Shown in pieces: positions 30,700 through 43,545 of a DNA stretch of 64,000 bases. Every line of letters starts with the position of its first letter. Position 1 is the first letter of the stretch. The DNA comes from the human T2T-CHM13v2.0 reference genome, Homo sapiens. Under the pieces are notes generated by a model that was given only the letters and a program-made list of their open reading frames with translations, searched no databases and was not told the DNA's origin. The stretch lies in the NCBI RefSeq assembly GCF_009914755.1, contig NC_060935.1; one strand, given 5' to 3'. Position numbers and translations under genes: made by a program.

Positions 30700-32060
30700 A
30701 GACATAATCTTTATATACATATTTTACACTTTGATATGAACTCCCTACTTCTCCCTAATGTACACATATATTTCTTACTCAGATCATGGTAAGTGTGATA
30801 TTTTAAGAACAGCTTTCATAATTTACAGTATATTATGGTCATCCTCATGTCAGCGAATACAGGCCTTCATTTTTAATGGCTGATAACTAACCAATATAAT
30901 GGTACTCTAGAATTTATTCCAAAGCCCCTGATAGATAGCAGTATTGTAAATAAAGACTGCTGGGCTGTAATCTTTGTACATTTACATTTTCACACAAGTC
31001 TGATTCCTTTCTTAGTATAAACTTCTAGGTGTAGAGTTGCTGTATTTAAGTGAATAGATATTTTTGTAAGTTTCCGTTACATAAACTGTTGCCAAACGAC
31101 TCTCCAAAAAGGTGCATAAGGTTACATTTTTTATGTTACAACTCATTTGCAATTTATGTTACAACCTATTTTCCTATACATCTACTATTAATAACAATAG
31201 ATTGTACTTGTTTTCTGTTAAAAAATTATGCTCAATCTGATAATTTTAAATTGGTATCTCAATATGAGTTAATTTCACATATTTCATTACCTGTTAGTTA
31301 AATATCTTTATTAGTGATTGATATTGCTTCTTTTGAGAGCTGCCTAGTTATGTCATTAATTGATTTTGTTTTTGTTTGTTTGCGTGACTCTTTTTCTTTT
31401 TCTTTTTTCTTCTTGTGGAGACAGGGTCTCATTATGTTGCCCTGGCAGGTCTCAACTTCTGGGCTCAAGCAATCCTCCCACCTCTGCCTCCCTAACTGCT
31501 GGTCTTTTTCTTATTTATTTTAAAGAGTTTATTGTAAGTTAAGGTTATTAATCCTTTTCTTATTGTAGCTGCTGCAAACATTTTTTCCAACTTTATATTG
31601 CTAATATAGTTTTGACATCTTTGTATTCCGTGTTTCTGTTATATGGTGTTATATGGAAGTGATGCATTTTATTCTATCAATTTCAATTTTAAAATACAAT
31701 TTCTGCCTTTGTCATAAGCTTAGAAAAAAGGCCTTTTTCAAGCCCTAAATAGTAATATATTCACATATATTTTATTTTTCAATAAGAAGATTTCAGTCTT
31801 CAAATTATCTGAGATTTATTTTACTGTAAGAAATGCTATAAGATTCTAGCTTTTATTTATTTGTTTCACATAATTATCCAGTTGTCTGAATTTAATTGTT
31901 TGAAAAAAAACTTTCTTTTTTGGACATTCTCTTCTATTCTATTGATCTACATATCTATTTTGGCATAATTCTGGCCTAATAGTTTATAATGAAATATGCT
32001 TGAATAGGCAACAGGATAAGTCCTCAGGTAATTTTTTTCTACTTTTCCTCTGTAGTTTTC
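30700..32060 (-). mobile_element. Old L1ME-type relic
   Basis: tagtataaacttctaggtgtagagttgctg; ttcttttgagagctgcct; taattatccagttgtc; ttctattgatcta. Confidence 0.5.
31391..31502 (-). mobile_element. FLAM/AluJ left-monomer fragment
   Basis: gagacagggtctcattatgttgccc...gggctcaagcaatcctcccacctc. Confidence 0.8.
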
Positions 32061-32721
32061 TCTACATTTATTATACTATATGCTCCTAACATGTTCAAAG
32101 ACTAATCTTCAATATTCAACATAAGTGGGATTTATACCAATATTAAGAATGAAAGGGAAAGGAAGAAATATCCTCCACAAGGTTGAAAAACAATATTGCA
32201 TGCAAAATCCTTAGCATAATGTCTGATCATAGTAAGTAGTCATCACTACTTTTATTATAATTAAGAATTATAAATTTGCCAGGGTTTTGGATTTTTAAGG
32301 TTTAGTATAAATGTAATTTTAACAGTTCAATGTGCAGAAATAATCAGCTACTCCACACCAAGTACTGGGGTAGGTTTTACAGATACAAAGTTGATAACTC
32401 AAGAAAGTCCATTTCAGTCTAATAGAGGAAACAAGCAGGCAAGCAGATAACATCCATTCAACAGATGGTGGTAAGATACAGAATCCAGAGGCAGCTTAGG
32501 GAATAGAGTGATTCATTCTGATAAAGAAAAGGAGGCCTTACAGAAAAGGATGCCATCTGGGTAGATTTTCAGGTACAAATGTGAGTGCGGCAGGCAGATA
32601 CAATGGTCAAAAAAGGGGAGTCCAGAAAAAGAAAAGCCTGTCTTCACTTTTCCAGGATGAAATTAATTTTCTCTCTGCGATCCACCCAAAGCATTTTGTT
32701 CACATTCCCATACAATCACAG

Positions 32722-32955
32722 TTAATATTTACTGAGATCTTATAATGTGTCAGAAATTGTTTAAACAGTTTGTAAAGATAAAATATTTAATTAAATCCTC
32801 CCAGCCATCTGTCAGATAGGCCCTATTATTAGCCCCATTTAATGGATAAGGAAACTGAAGCACATCAAACCTGAGTAACTTGATCAAGCTAGTAAGTGAC
32901 AGAATGCTCACCCAGCAGATTGGCTTCAGAGTTGAAACTGAGAACTATTATACAT
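32722..32955 (-). mobile_element. MIR
   Basis: tattattagccccatttaatggataaggaaactgaagcac...agtaacttg...gctagtaagtgacaga. Confidence 0.7.
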
Positions 32956-33737
32956 ATTGCTTCTTAGCACATAGCAAATTTAATTTTTTTTAGAAAACTC
33001 ATTTGCTATGCAAAGCAAGCCTGATAGTTATGTATCACCTATGTTCCTCTGTAATTTCTATTTACCTACAGTGATATATATGTGTGTCCACATGCAAACT
33101 AATTCAGAATCTACATATTGCAGGTACCTCTCTTTATTGTCTCAACAACCAATGCAGCTTCAGTGACAACCTAATTTGAATATGAAGTCCCTTTCACTGA
33201 CCTGACTTTTAATTTCATATTGCAAACAAACTATAGCTATCTCCACGCATATAGCTCAGAGAATCTCATACTGATTTCCAACACTGAACTTGTTATCAGT
33301 CTCCCTAAATTTACTCATCTTTTTTCCCCTTCCTTAGATAATGCCTCTATCATCTTCTGTGTTGCAAATGTTTATTCAGTATATACTGTGAAGCATTACA
33401 TTTGAAATTGTGGATAGCTACAATTGTTCTCTTTAGTTAGCAGGAAAAGAAGTCTATGTCAAAGTGGAAAGGGCATAGAACTATAACTTAAGAAGTCTAG
33501 ATTAATTCCTGACTTCACTCCTTTACTAATGGCATGACTGCATGCATATTACTTATTAAGCAAGTAGTTGAGAGAAAGAGATGGCATAACACCTGGCAAG
33601 GATAGAACAAAGAACATAGAACAAAGAAGCAATGACCCTACAGTTGGAAAAAAAAACCCTTTGTTTCTCCTTACTACATACATGTCATCAAACTATGATT
33701 TTCTTTATAAAGTTGCATCTTGGGGTCCATACATAGT

Positions 33738-33950
33738 AATAATAGTAACAGCAACACTTTAGTAAACATTTATTATTGTCCAAGGAGCAGTATATAGGAC
33801 ATCATCCTGTTTAATCTTACAACATCCTGGTGAAGGTATATAACATTGTCCTCAATATGTGGATAAGGACATTAAAGCTCACAGCAGAAAATGGGGAACC
33901 AAGATTTGAAGTTGTTCTACCTGGCTTCAAAATGCACGCTCTTTATCCTA
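33738..33950 (-). mobile_element. MIR
   Basis: tttaatcttacaacatcctggtgaaggta...ccaagatttgaa...ctggcttcaaaatgcacgctcttt. Confidence 0.6.
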
Positions 33951-35253
33951 CATTTTGCTGGTTAACCTGCTCCCCTACTCAGGTCCGAAGTGGAAGAGAG
34001 AGAGGAAAAATGCCATGTGTTTACCTCGAATTCTGGTAGCTGAGCCTAAGTGGTTCAGTTGCAAAGCCAGAGACCCACCATTTATTGCTAATGCCCCTTT
34101 CTGTGGGAAGTCTGACTTCCCCATGTCTAGTTTTCTTAATTACTGGACAATTTTAGGATAAATGATCTCAAGCTTCTTGGGGAGTAGATCCAACCAGGTT
34201 CCAGAACCTAATGAAAAAAAAAAAGTCTCCTAGTCCTTTAATGGGAGAGCCCTGTTTGGTTCTGAGATTAGCAACAATTCTAAATATTTGAGTTCAAACA
34301 TGTTTCCAAAAATGTCCTGTAAATGTGGAACCAATTTTAAAGCAAGAAGTAAGGACAAGTTTATAAAACTATTAGCCCAACATCTGTGATCTATAACAGA
34401 AAGGAAGAAAGCAAGACTTTGGTAAGATAGAAGATACGACACATAGAAATGGAAATGTAGTGGAAGAAAAACATTAGTAATTTATAAGAAGTGTGTTCTC
34501 TTCTGACTGGTGTTGACCTGTTTGAATGTTTACTTATAAAGACTAGGGGGTACATTTTATTATATCATCTTTTAGAGAGATTAATAGACATGACAGATTT
34601 CTCATTGCTGGGACCACTAATGGCCTATAAAATAACCATTTGGATTATTTTATAATTTTTATGATCCCAATAAAATCAATAGCCTCTGACTTTATATGCA
34701 AAGAATGAATTACACAGACTAGAGAGGTGTTACATTTAAATCTCATGGTAAAATTTATCCTGTTGGCAAAGGTGCCCTTCAAGATGGGGGCCTAGATGAT
34801 ATACAAACACACACACATACAAATCCAGTTTGTTTGTGATGAATAGGTATGAGTTTTATCTTATTAAATCGTCTTGCAGAAGAGAGACACAGAGACAGAA
34901 GATATAATCCTAAATTTGCTTCTAAATATACAAAAATAGTAACAACTTAAACAAACATCACAATGATACGAATAAACACATGCCTCCATCATTACAGACC
35001 TATTCAATATATTTTGAGGCTTCAATCATGATTGCTGGATAGAGTTTGGCTTTTTGGAGATAAAAAGAAACGGAAAACACACATTCTCACTTACTCTTTG
35101 TGCATATAAGAAAACCAAAATGGGGAATATTTGCTCTAGTTCAAATGGCCCATTGGTTTCACAACAAGGACTATATACCAGTGGTCTTGACTTTAGGCCA
35201 GTAATGCAAGAAACTCTACAAAGTTGTTCATTTATTTATTCAAATATAAATAA

Positions 35254-35297
<44 letters not shown>

Positions 35298-35305
35298 CAT
35301 CTATC
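35254..35305. repeat. (TATC)11 CATC TATC tetranucleotide STR
   Basis: Perfect run of 11 units. Confidence 0.95.
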
Positions 35306-35496
35306 TACACCACCACAGATTATGCTAGTTTACTGTTCAGGGAACAGCAAAGCAGATTTGATTCCTAATTACATGAATATTATAGACTACTAAGAATTAC
35401 AGGAAAAAATAGATAATTATACAAGTAATTAAACAATTTAAGACTCTGATAAGTGCTATGAAAGAAAGAATAGGATGCTTGAAAGTGCATTAAAAG

Positions 35497-35759
35497 TTCT
35501 TTATTCTGTTCCATTGGTCTATATGTCTGTTTTTATGCCAGTACCATGCTGTTTTGCTTATTATAGCTTTGTAGTATAATTTGAAGTCTGATAATATGCC
35601 TCCAACTTTGTTCTTTTCATTTAGGATTGTTTTGGCTATTCTGGGCCTTTTTTGGTTCCATATAAATTTTAGGATTATTTTTCCTATTTCTGTGAAGAAT
35701 GTCATTGGTATTTTGATAATGATTGCACTGAATATGTAGATTACTTTGGCCAGTATGGC
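35497..35759 (-). mobile_element. Isolated L1 ORF2 C-terminal-region fragment
   Basis: Translation [23 protein letters not shown]...DFKLYYKA...[15 protein letters not shown] is L1 ORF2p. Confidence 0.9.
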
Positions 35760-35989
35760 CCAAGAAATCTCAGAATTTTATTGGCATTTTGATCACAAAA
35801 AGTTGCTAGTCTCAAGTCCAGGGTAAATTAAAAAGCCCTGAATGAAAACAGAATGTACATGTGTGTATATGTATAACTTCTGTAGTTGTAGTAAGAATAT
35901 AATTTAAATATTACCCATATTTTCATTACTCTCAATGTATATATGCCACAGTATCAAGGATGGTGATCTCTTCTTGGACACACAGACAT

Positions 35990-37075
35990 GTTCTCATGTA
36001 ATAATTTTCAAATTTATATTTTAAGTCTTTATCTCTTCTTGCATTTCAGATCTATGTATCTATTGCCAACCATCCACTGCTATCTGCTTGTCCTCCAGGG
36101 ACCTCAATTCACATATCCAAGATGAAACTTGCAATTAGCCCTCTCAGATTACAAAATGCTCTTTTTTCTATATTTTCGACAGTGGTTAATAATATTATCC
36201 TTTACCCAGTCATCCAAGTCAATCACTTGAGAGTCATCCTAAACTTGACTCTCTCTCACCCACTTTCCATATCTAATTAGTTAAAAGTTGGATATATATA
36301 ATTATATATTTCTCCAACTAAAGTCCACTGCTACTGCCTTAAATCCACCTTTAATGTTTCTTGCCTGGACTGTTACAATTACCACAATAATTTTATGACT
36401 GCTGTCTCTCTGGTCTAAACTGCCATTATCTTTACTATTAGACAGAACTTGTCACCCTGCTTCCACCATGCTCCTTTTTTCTCACCTCTGTATTATCCAT
36501 TCTTCACACAGTAACCAAATTGATCTTTTAACAGTGAAAATCTCATGATATTCTCCTTCTTACAACTCTCTGGCAGCTTTCCATTTCACTTATAAGAATC
36601 CACACTGTTTATCATGTCTGCACAGACTTGAGTGATCTTGTCATTGATTCCTCATCTCCCAAACCTACCCTTCATGATACAATAACCACATGGACTTCTT
36701 CCCTTTTCTAACATGCCAGGTTCAATCCCATCTCAGGCCTTCATACTTGCTATTTTTGCTACTGGAAACACAGCTAATTCCAGATCTTCACGTGGCTGGC
36801 TCCTTTTGTCATTCAGATCTTGGACAAATGTCATCTCCTGAAAGAGGCTCTCCTCAGCCATTCTACTCAGTGCTTCTCCCCTGGCTTCACATATTACTCT
36901 GTATTATATTTTCTTATTTTCTTTACATGTTTTTTCATGATCTAAAATTACCTTATTTATTTATTTCTTTGTTTACTGTTAAGTTCCTGTTTTTCAGCAA
37001 AGACAGATTGCCTTACTCCCCATGGATTGTCCAGGTTTAGAAAACCATGTATACTAGGTATTCAATAACAAATAA
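35990..37075 (+). mobile_element. L2 relics
   Basis: cacttgagagtcatcct; tttcttgcctggactgttacaat; ccagatcttcacgtggctggctcctt...cattcagatct...aaatgtcatctcctgaaagagg. Confidence 0.7.
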
Positions 37076-37379
37076 GAAATTGTTTAGAGTGTAATTTTTA
37101 GAAAATTAAGCTAAATTCTTGAGAGAAAAAGTTATACTTTACTGTTTTACAATGTCTGAATTTATTTTTACTATACTATGTATTGTTTATATAATAATTA
37201 AATGTTAATAAATAAATAAAATCACATACACCAAATGCAATAGTACTTGCTTGTTTTCTATTCTTTAGATCAAAAAAGGAGTAAAATAAGACCCTACCTT
37301 ATTTTAGATAGGGTCAAGGATATGAGCATAAGTATTATGGGGAATGAAGAAAAATTGTTACAATAGAATGGTTTCAGAT

Positions 37380-38282
37380 CTTTTTATTTTGAAAAAATTA
37401 TAAATTCATAGGAGGTTGCAAATAAATGTACACAGAAGTCCCCACACTCTTGTTCCATATTTGTACAGTGTTAACAACTTGCACAACTATAATATTATTT
37501 CAAAACCAAGAAATAAACATTGCTACAATCCATAGCGTGCATTCAGATTTCATCAGTTATACATAAACTTATAAGTGTGTGTCTGTCAGGGGGAGAGTAT
37601 AGCTCTATGCAATTGTATTGCAAGTATAGCCTGTGAAGCCACCACAACAATCAACATAGTAAATTGTTCCATTAACACCCTCCTAGTACCCTTTATAGCC
37701 ACACCTATCTCCTCTCTCCCACTATGTGGCTCCCCATCCCCCATTGTGTGCATTCCTTCCCTGCCCCCTGTCCCTCACTTCCTAACCACTAATGCTTGCA
37801 ATCACTAAGAACCATCTGTTCTTTATCTTTGTGTTATTTCATAAATAAAACATAAATAGAATTGTGCAGTATACATCCTTTTAACATTGGCTTTTTTCAG
37901 TCAGTATAATTTTCTGGAGGTTCTTCCATGTTGTTGCACATATCAATAGTTTGTTCCTTTTTATTGCTGAGTTGTATTTCATGGTACTAATATACCATAG
38001 TTTATTTAACAGTGGTTTCTAGTTAAGGTCTATCATGAAGTTACTATAAGCATTGTGTATAAATTCCTGTGTGACATTAAGTCTAACATTTTATCTGATA
38101 AATGCGCAAGAGTGCAACTGAGTATCCACAGGGTAAGTTTATTTTTAGTTTTGAAATGAACTGCCAAACTGTTTTCCAGAGTAGCCACACTATCTTCCAT
38201 TCCCACCAGTAATGTATAAGTGATCTGGTTTCTCTGCATCCTCACCAGCATTTGATGTTATCATTATTTTTCATTTTAGTTA
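37380..38282 (-). mobile_element. L1MC/MD-type 3' end
   Basis: ataggaggttgcaaa...caaaaccaagaaataaacattgctacaatcc...aactgccaaactgttttccagagt...cattcccaccag. Confidence 0.8.
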
Positions 38283-39350
38283 TATTATTTTAAGCTGATA
38301 AAAAAGTACATTCATGCAGCACATTCATTTCAAATTTCTTTTAATCCATTCCAAGAATGAAATCCGTTTCATTCTTTAAAAATAAAATATTAAACAATTT
38401 CCTCACAAAGAAATCAAATGCACCCAGGATGTCTCAAATGAAAAACAAATTTTCAAAATTATGTAACATGGAAAAAATAAGATTATAAATGTAAAACAAT
38501 GTAAAAGTTAAAAAACAGAGTAAAGGGTCAAGAAATAATTTCCTAAGACTTTTTGATAGATACTCTAGTTCAGGCATCAATGATTAAAAGCCTGATTTCT
38601 TTTGAAATTATGATACAGTTGCACAAATTCCCAGTCTCATTAAAAAGATGTGTGCATATTTGTCATTATAATACAAAACTTAATTGAGCAAACTTTTCAA
38701 ATAATAGGAATAAATGTCTCAGCCAGTGAAAATGTTAGGGAAAGCTTTAGTACAAAATAAAAAAAGCCATAGGAAAACAAAAACAACTTAACTTGCTAGT
38801 GACAAGAATCAGAAAAATAAGAGTATAAAGGAAGAGTAAAAGTCTTTATACTGCTTGCTTGAGTCGTGAAAGTCATACATAATTGGAAATATGAGTTAGA
38901 GCCTTGTATATTCTGGGCACCAGTTCAGTGTTAACTAAGGTCACTGAAGTAATGAGTAATCTCTTCTATGGCTGGTCACATGACCAAGCTGAAATTCATC
39001 AGTAATTACTGTCTAGTTCTTAATCCATAGTCATAATTTATATTAAAACCACTAGCACAACTGGAAAAATTGATAGCAGATTCACCAGAATCAAAGTGAC
39101 TAGTGAAAGAAAATAGGGTATGGACTAGAATCCAACATCCTCCAAAAGCTAGCTGTTTCCTTCAGTTTGGTTGAAATCCAACCACTCAGTAAAGACTTAC
39201 CAATAGGGTTTAGCAGCCTGAATGATAAATTTGGGGATTCATGGCTTATTTGATCTTAAAATACTGCTGATCACAGAAGGCTAAATGCAAATTGGGTAAG
39301 ATCAGGACGTAGAAGTAGACACTCCTAGTGGGCTAGGACAAGTTCTAGAG

Positions 39351-39562
39351 CTGTGGTATCCTATATGGTAACTGCTAGTCATGTGTAGCCATTTAATGTA
39401 AATTTAAACTAATTAAAATTAAATAAAACAAAACGTTTAGTTCCTCAGGTGCAGTAGCCACATTTCAAGTGGTCGATAGTGATGTTTGACTAGCGATTAC
39501 TAGCTGGATAGAAGACATAGAACATTTAGTCATGACCAAAAATTTTGTTACATAACACCGGA
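39351..39562 (-). mobile_element. MER3 (hAT-Charlie MITE)
   Basis: aattaaaattaaataaaa...agttcctcaggtgcagtagccacatttcaagtg; reverse orientation relative to the copy at 3654. Confidence 0.7.
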
Positions 39563-39627
39563 CTAGAGAAAAGTGCAAATGTGTATATAACACAAGGAAG
39601 AATTCCAGGCAGGCACTTGGAAGATAG

Positions 39628-40063
39628 TGTATTAGTTTGCTGGGGCTGCCATAACAAAGTACCACAAAACGATTGGCTTAAATAACAGAAATTTATTTTC
39701 TCACAGTTCTGGAAGGTAGAAGTCTGAGATCAAGTTGTCATCAAGGCCAAGATCGCACTGAAGGCACTGGGGAATGATTTCCAGATCTCTCTCCTAGCTT
39801 CTGGTGGTTGCTTGACTTGTGAAAGCATAACTCCAATCATCATATGTCATTCTCTGTGTATGTGTGTCTCTCTGTCCAAGTTTCCTTTTTTTATGTAAGA
39901 ATATCAGTTATACTGGATTAGGAACCCACCTTAGTCCAGTATGGCCTCATTCTAACTAATTGTATTTACAACTACCCTATTTCCAAGTAAAGTCAGGTTC
40001 TGAGGTACTGGCAGTTAGGACTTCAAAATATAACTTTTGGAGTTCACAATTTAACCCATAACA
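39628..40063 (-). mobile_element. MLT1B/C-like MaLR solo LTR
   Basis: tgtattagtttgctggggctgccataacaaagtaccac...acaatttaacccataaca; TSD gatag/tatag. Confidence 0.85.
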
Positions 40064-41377
40064 TATAGTATCCAAGATATATGATGGCATTTATAAAGTG
40101 TTAGCCAGGCATCAAGACCTAACATAGCCCAAGCGGTCCAGAAAGAAAGACTGATGGTGAAGAGTCACAATAGACATTTTAAAATTAAATAATATGGAAA
40201 GTTTCCGGCAGCAGATGCCTATTATTTCCCTTAGCAGGAAAATAATTTTCTCTCAAGTTTTTTTTTTTCATTTATTATTATTCCTTGCATATTCAGGCCC
40301 TGAGATTGAGACTCAAGGATAGAATTTTGGCCCCTTGAAAAAGATCAGGTCAGGGTTCTAAAGAGGCTGAGAGGCTCACTAGCTTATCAAGAATGATACT
40401 AAAGGATACAAAAACAAGTCAATGTCACAAATACCAAAAGAAGTTGTAAAAATACAATCTTGAGACCCAAGCAAAAATCCAATTACCATGACTGAAACAT
40501 AGGTCATGACCTAAACAGTAGAAAAGAGGAATCAATCACCTATGAATTAAGGTAGAGCTTTTAAAATCTCCCTTCCTATCTTCCCCTTCATAAAACCACC
40601 CCTTCCAAGCAAGCCCTGCTTTCCCATCCTGGCATTATTCTTTTGGCTACTATCCTACCTACTCTGCCTGACTTGACCAGCTCCATCAAGAATCATGCTT
40701 CTGATTCTTCTGGATCAGAAACTCTATTTTCTTACTCACGTAAAGTCTTAACTTGTCTTTCAAACACAGTGCTCTATTCTGTTATTTGTTAACTCCCTGA
40801 CTACTGGGGCCCATTCCCTTACTCTCCCTTCCTGTCCTTCAAGATTTCTAAAATAATAATCTCTTTTCAGCTTAGCCAAGTCCTGGAAACCCCTTACATC
40901 ACAACATCTTCCCCAAGCTAGTTGTTTTGCACACCAAAGAAGCATTCTGGTCATGATGTGTTTTTTCACCTCTTTTCCCATCTGGGTAGGGCACTCTACT
41001 ATCAACTCTCAACTCTGAAGTTAAAATGGGATATAAAAGCAGCATCTTTTTCGCAGTTTCTTCAGATCTCTTCTCTACTCTTGTCCACACAGAAATTGCT
41101 GACCCATGTTTCTGAGGATCTACCAGAACCACTTCTAGTAGTTCTAAGCTTCCAGTGAACATACAAGCTGCCAATGATAGGGATCTTCTTTGGGCAACCT
41201 AAGTCAACCAGTGAAAAGTATTTTGTTACTATTTATAATTACTATTTGTAAGGGAGATTTAAATCTGTCCTGAGTTTAAAAAAATAATTGATCCTAAGTC
41301 TTGTGGGTCTGAAAGTCTGTTTAGAGAAAGGCAATGTTAATTTTTTGGTCTAGGAGAAGACAATTGGGTACAAGAAA

Positions 41378-41421
41378 GTGTGTGTGTGTGTGTGTGTGTG
41401 TGTTTCTGTGTGTGTGTGTGT
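41378..41421. repeat. Interrupted (TG)n microsatellite
   Basis: Directly visible. Confidence 0.9.
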
Positions 41422-41912
41422 AGGAAGAGGGGAATGGAAACCCACTGACCCACATTTTAAAATGTAGTTCTATCATGTATGGAAACAGATATACACATGC
41501 ACACTCATACTGCACACAAATCTATTTTAACATATGTCTTACCTATAAATACTGTAATCATCTACTTTTTATTCTTCATAATGCATTGGTCATTTAACTA
41601 GTTGACCGTTACTCAATAGTACAAATAATGCCTTGATGAACATCTTCTATATACGCCTGGTGGAACATGTGCTATCATTTAATTAGTATAAATTATAAGA
41701 AGTGTAATTCCTTGGTCAAAAGATGTATACATTTAAAGTAATTTTACCAATATGCATTCACACAACCAAGGTATGAAAATGCTCAATTCGTTGTAAGAGG
41801 GAGATTTTGAAGCCTTGAGGCCTTCTAAGTTGTAGCTTACAGGTCTTTGGCTAGCATTCTGAAGTAATTCTGGACAGGGCTAGGCTATGATTCCATTGAA
41901 AAAAGAAGATAC

Positions 41913-42453
41913 CTAGGTATTAAGCCCAGCATGCATTAGCTCTTTTCCCTAATGCTCTCCACCCCCCACACTCCCATGACAGGCCCCAGTAAGTGTTGTT
42001 CCCCTCTCTGTGTCCATGTGTTCTCATTGTTCAGCTCCCACTTATAAGTGAGAACATGCAGTGTTTGGTTTTCTGTTCCTGCATTAGTTTGCTGAGAATA
42101 ATGGCTTCCAGCTTCATCCATGTCCCTGCAAAGGACATTATCTTTTTTCTTTTTATGGCTTCATAGTATTCCATGATGTATATGTACCACGTTTTCTTTA
42201 TCCAGTCTATCTTTGATGAGCATTCGGGTTGATTCCACGTCTTTGCTATTGTGAATAGTGCTGCAATGAACATACACATGTATGTATCTTTATAACAGAA
42301 TGATTTATACTCCTTTGGGTATATACCCAGTGATGAGATTGCTGGGTCAAATGGTATTTTGGGTTCTAAATCTTTAAGGAATCGCCACGCTGTCTTTCAC
42401 GATGGTTGAGGTAATATACATTCTCACCAACAGTGTAAAAGCATTCTTTTTTC
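41913..42453 (-). mobile_element. L1PA (about PA8) ORF2 end / 3'UTR fragment lacking its own 3' terminus
   Basis: Translation MFIAALFTIAKTWNQP...WIKK.WYIY.MEYY.AIK...TWMKLEAIILSKL; 3'UTR ctaggtattaagcccagcatgcattagc. Confidence 0.9.
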
Positions 42454-42726
42454 GGTCAGGCACAGTGGCTTATGCCTGTAATCCCAGCACTTTGGGAGGC
42501 CAAGGTGGGCAGATCACCTGAGGTCAGTAGTTTGAGACCAGCCTGGCCAACATGGAGAAACCCCATCTCTACTAAAAATACAGAAAATTAGCCTGGTGTG
42601 GTGGTGCATGCCTGCAATCCCAGCTACTAGAGAGGCCGAGGTAGGAGAATCACTTGAATCTGGAGGTGGAGGTTGCAGTAAGCCGAGATAGCACCATCTC
42701 ACTCCAGCTTGCACAATAAGAGCGAA
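42454..42726 (+). mobile_element. AluSp/Sq-like lacking A tail and 3' TSD
   Basis: catggagaaacccc and caataagagcgaa diagnostics; breaks off just before the tail. Confidence 0.9.
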
Positions 42727-43109
42727 CGGATTTTGTGATGTTGGCAATAATTGCCAGCTTTTCCATTTCTTTAGTTTTTATAATTTACTTTCTCTTTATA
42801 AATAAATATTCACTATTCTGCCAAAAAAAAAAAAAAAAAAAGAAAGAAAAAAGAAGATACATATAGGATGCCAGAGACCTGGGAGGGTCATATACTTGGG
42901 TGTCTCAATGAAAGTGGCTATCCACCAGCCAGGTCGCCTCTCTGACCCATTCTGCTCTACTCTAGAGTGGACTGTAGACTAGAGGGCTCAATCTCTTTAA
43001 ATAGTAAAACTCTTTAAAACTTTTCACATCCAAGTAATTATATCTTTTTATCCATTTGTTTTTAAAATTTACTTTTAAGAAAATCAGTCCTTATTTTGAC
43101 AACAGTTTT

Positions 43110-43545
43110 AGTTTTTTTTCATCTGGGATTTGAAAATTTAGGAAAATTTTGAATATATTCAACACTGGGAAAAGTATGTGTTCCCATTTCCCAGGTTCAA
43201 TAATTACCTGGACAATCTTGTTTCATCTTTATCTGCATTTGCTTACCCTTCCCAAAAAAACAAATTAAAATGAAGCCAGTCCTTGACATATCATTTTATT
43301 TGTACACATTTTAGTAAATGTTTCTAAAAGTCAAGGACTCAAAAAATCTGAAATAGCATCTGCAGATTTCAGAAAACTAAAATCAATTTCTTATTGCCCA
43401 ATACCTGGTCAGTGTTCAAATGCCCCCCAATTTGTCAAGAAATTATTTTATTTTAAATATTTTCTTTGCTTGAATGAGGATTCAAATAAGTTCCATATAT
43501 TACAATTAAATTATAAATCTTAAATCTCTTTAAATCAAGCTAAGA
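43110..43545 (-). mobile_element. L1MC4/5-type 3' end relic
   Basis: caatcttgtttcatct; gacatatcattttattt; gtcagtgttcaaat; ttgaatgaggattcaaataag. Confidence 0.55.

Larger units (their letters stand above)
41913..42845 (+). mobile_element. Composite L1-mediated retro-insertion (antisense L1PA piece + tail-less Alu + unique sequence + AATAAA + poly-A)
   Basis: Perfect 15-bp TSD gaaaaaagaagatac at 41898-41912 and 42846-42860; AATAAA 42801-42806; poly-A from 42823. Confidence 0.8.
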
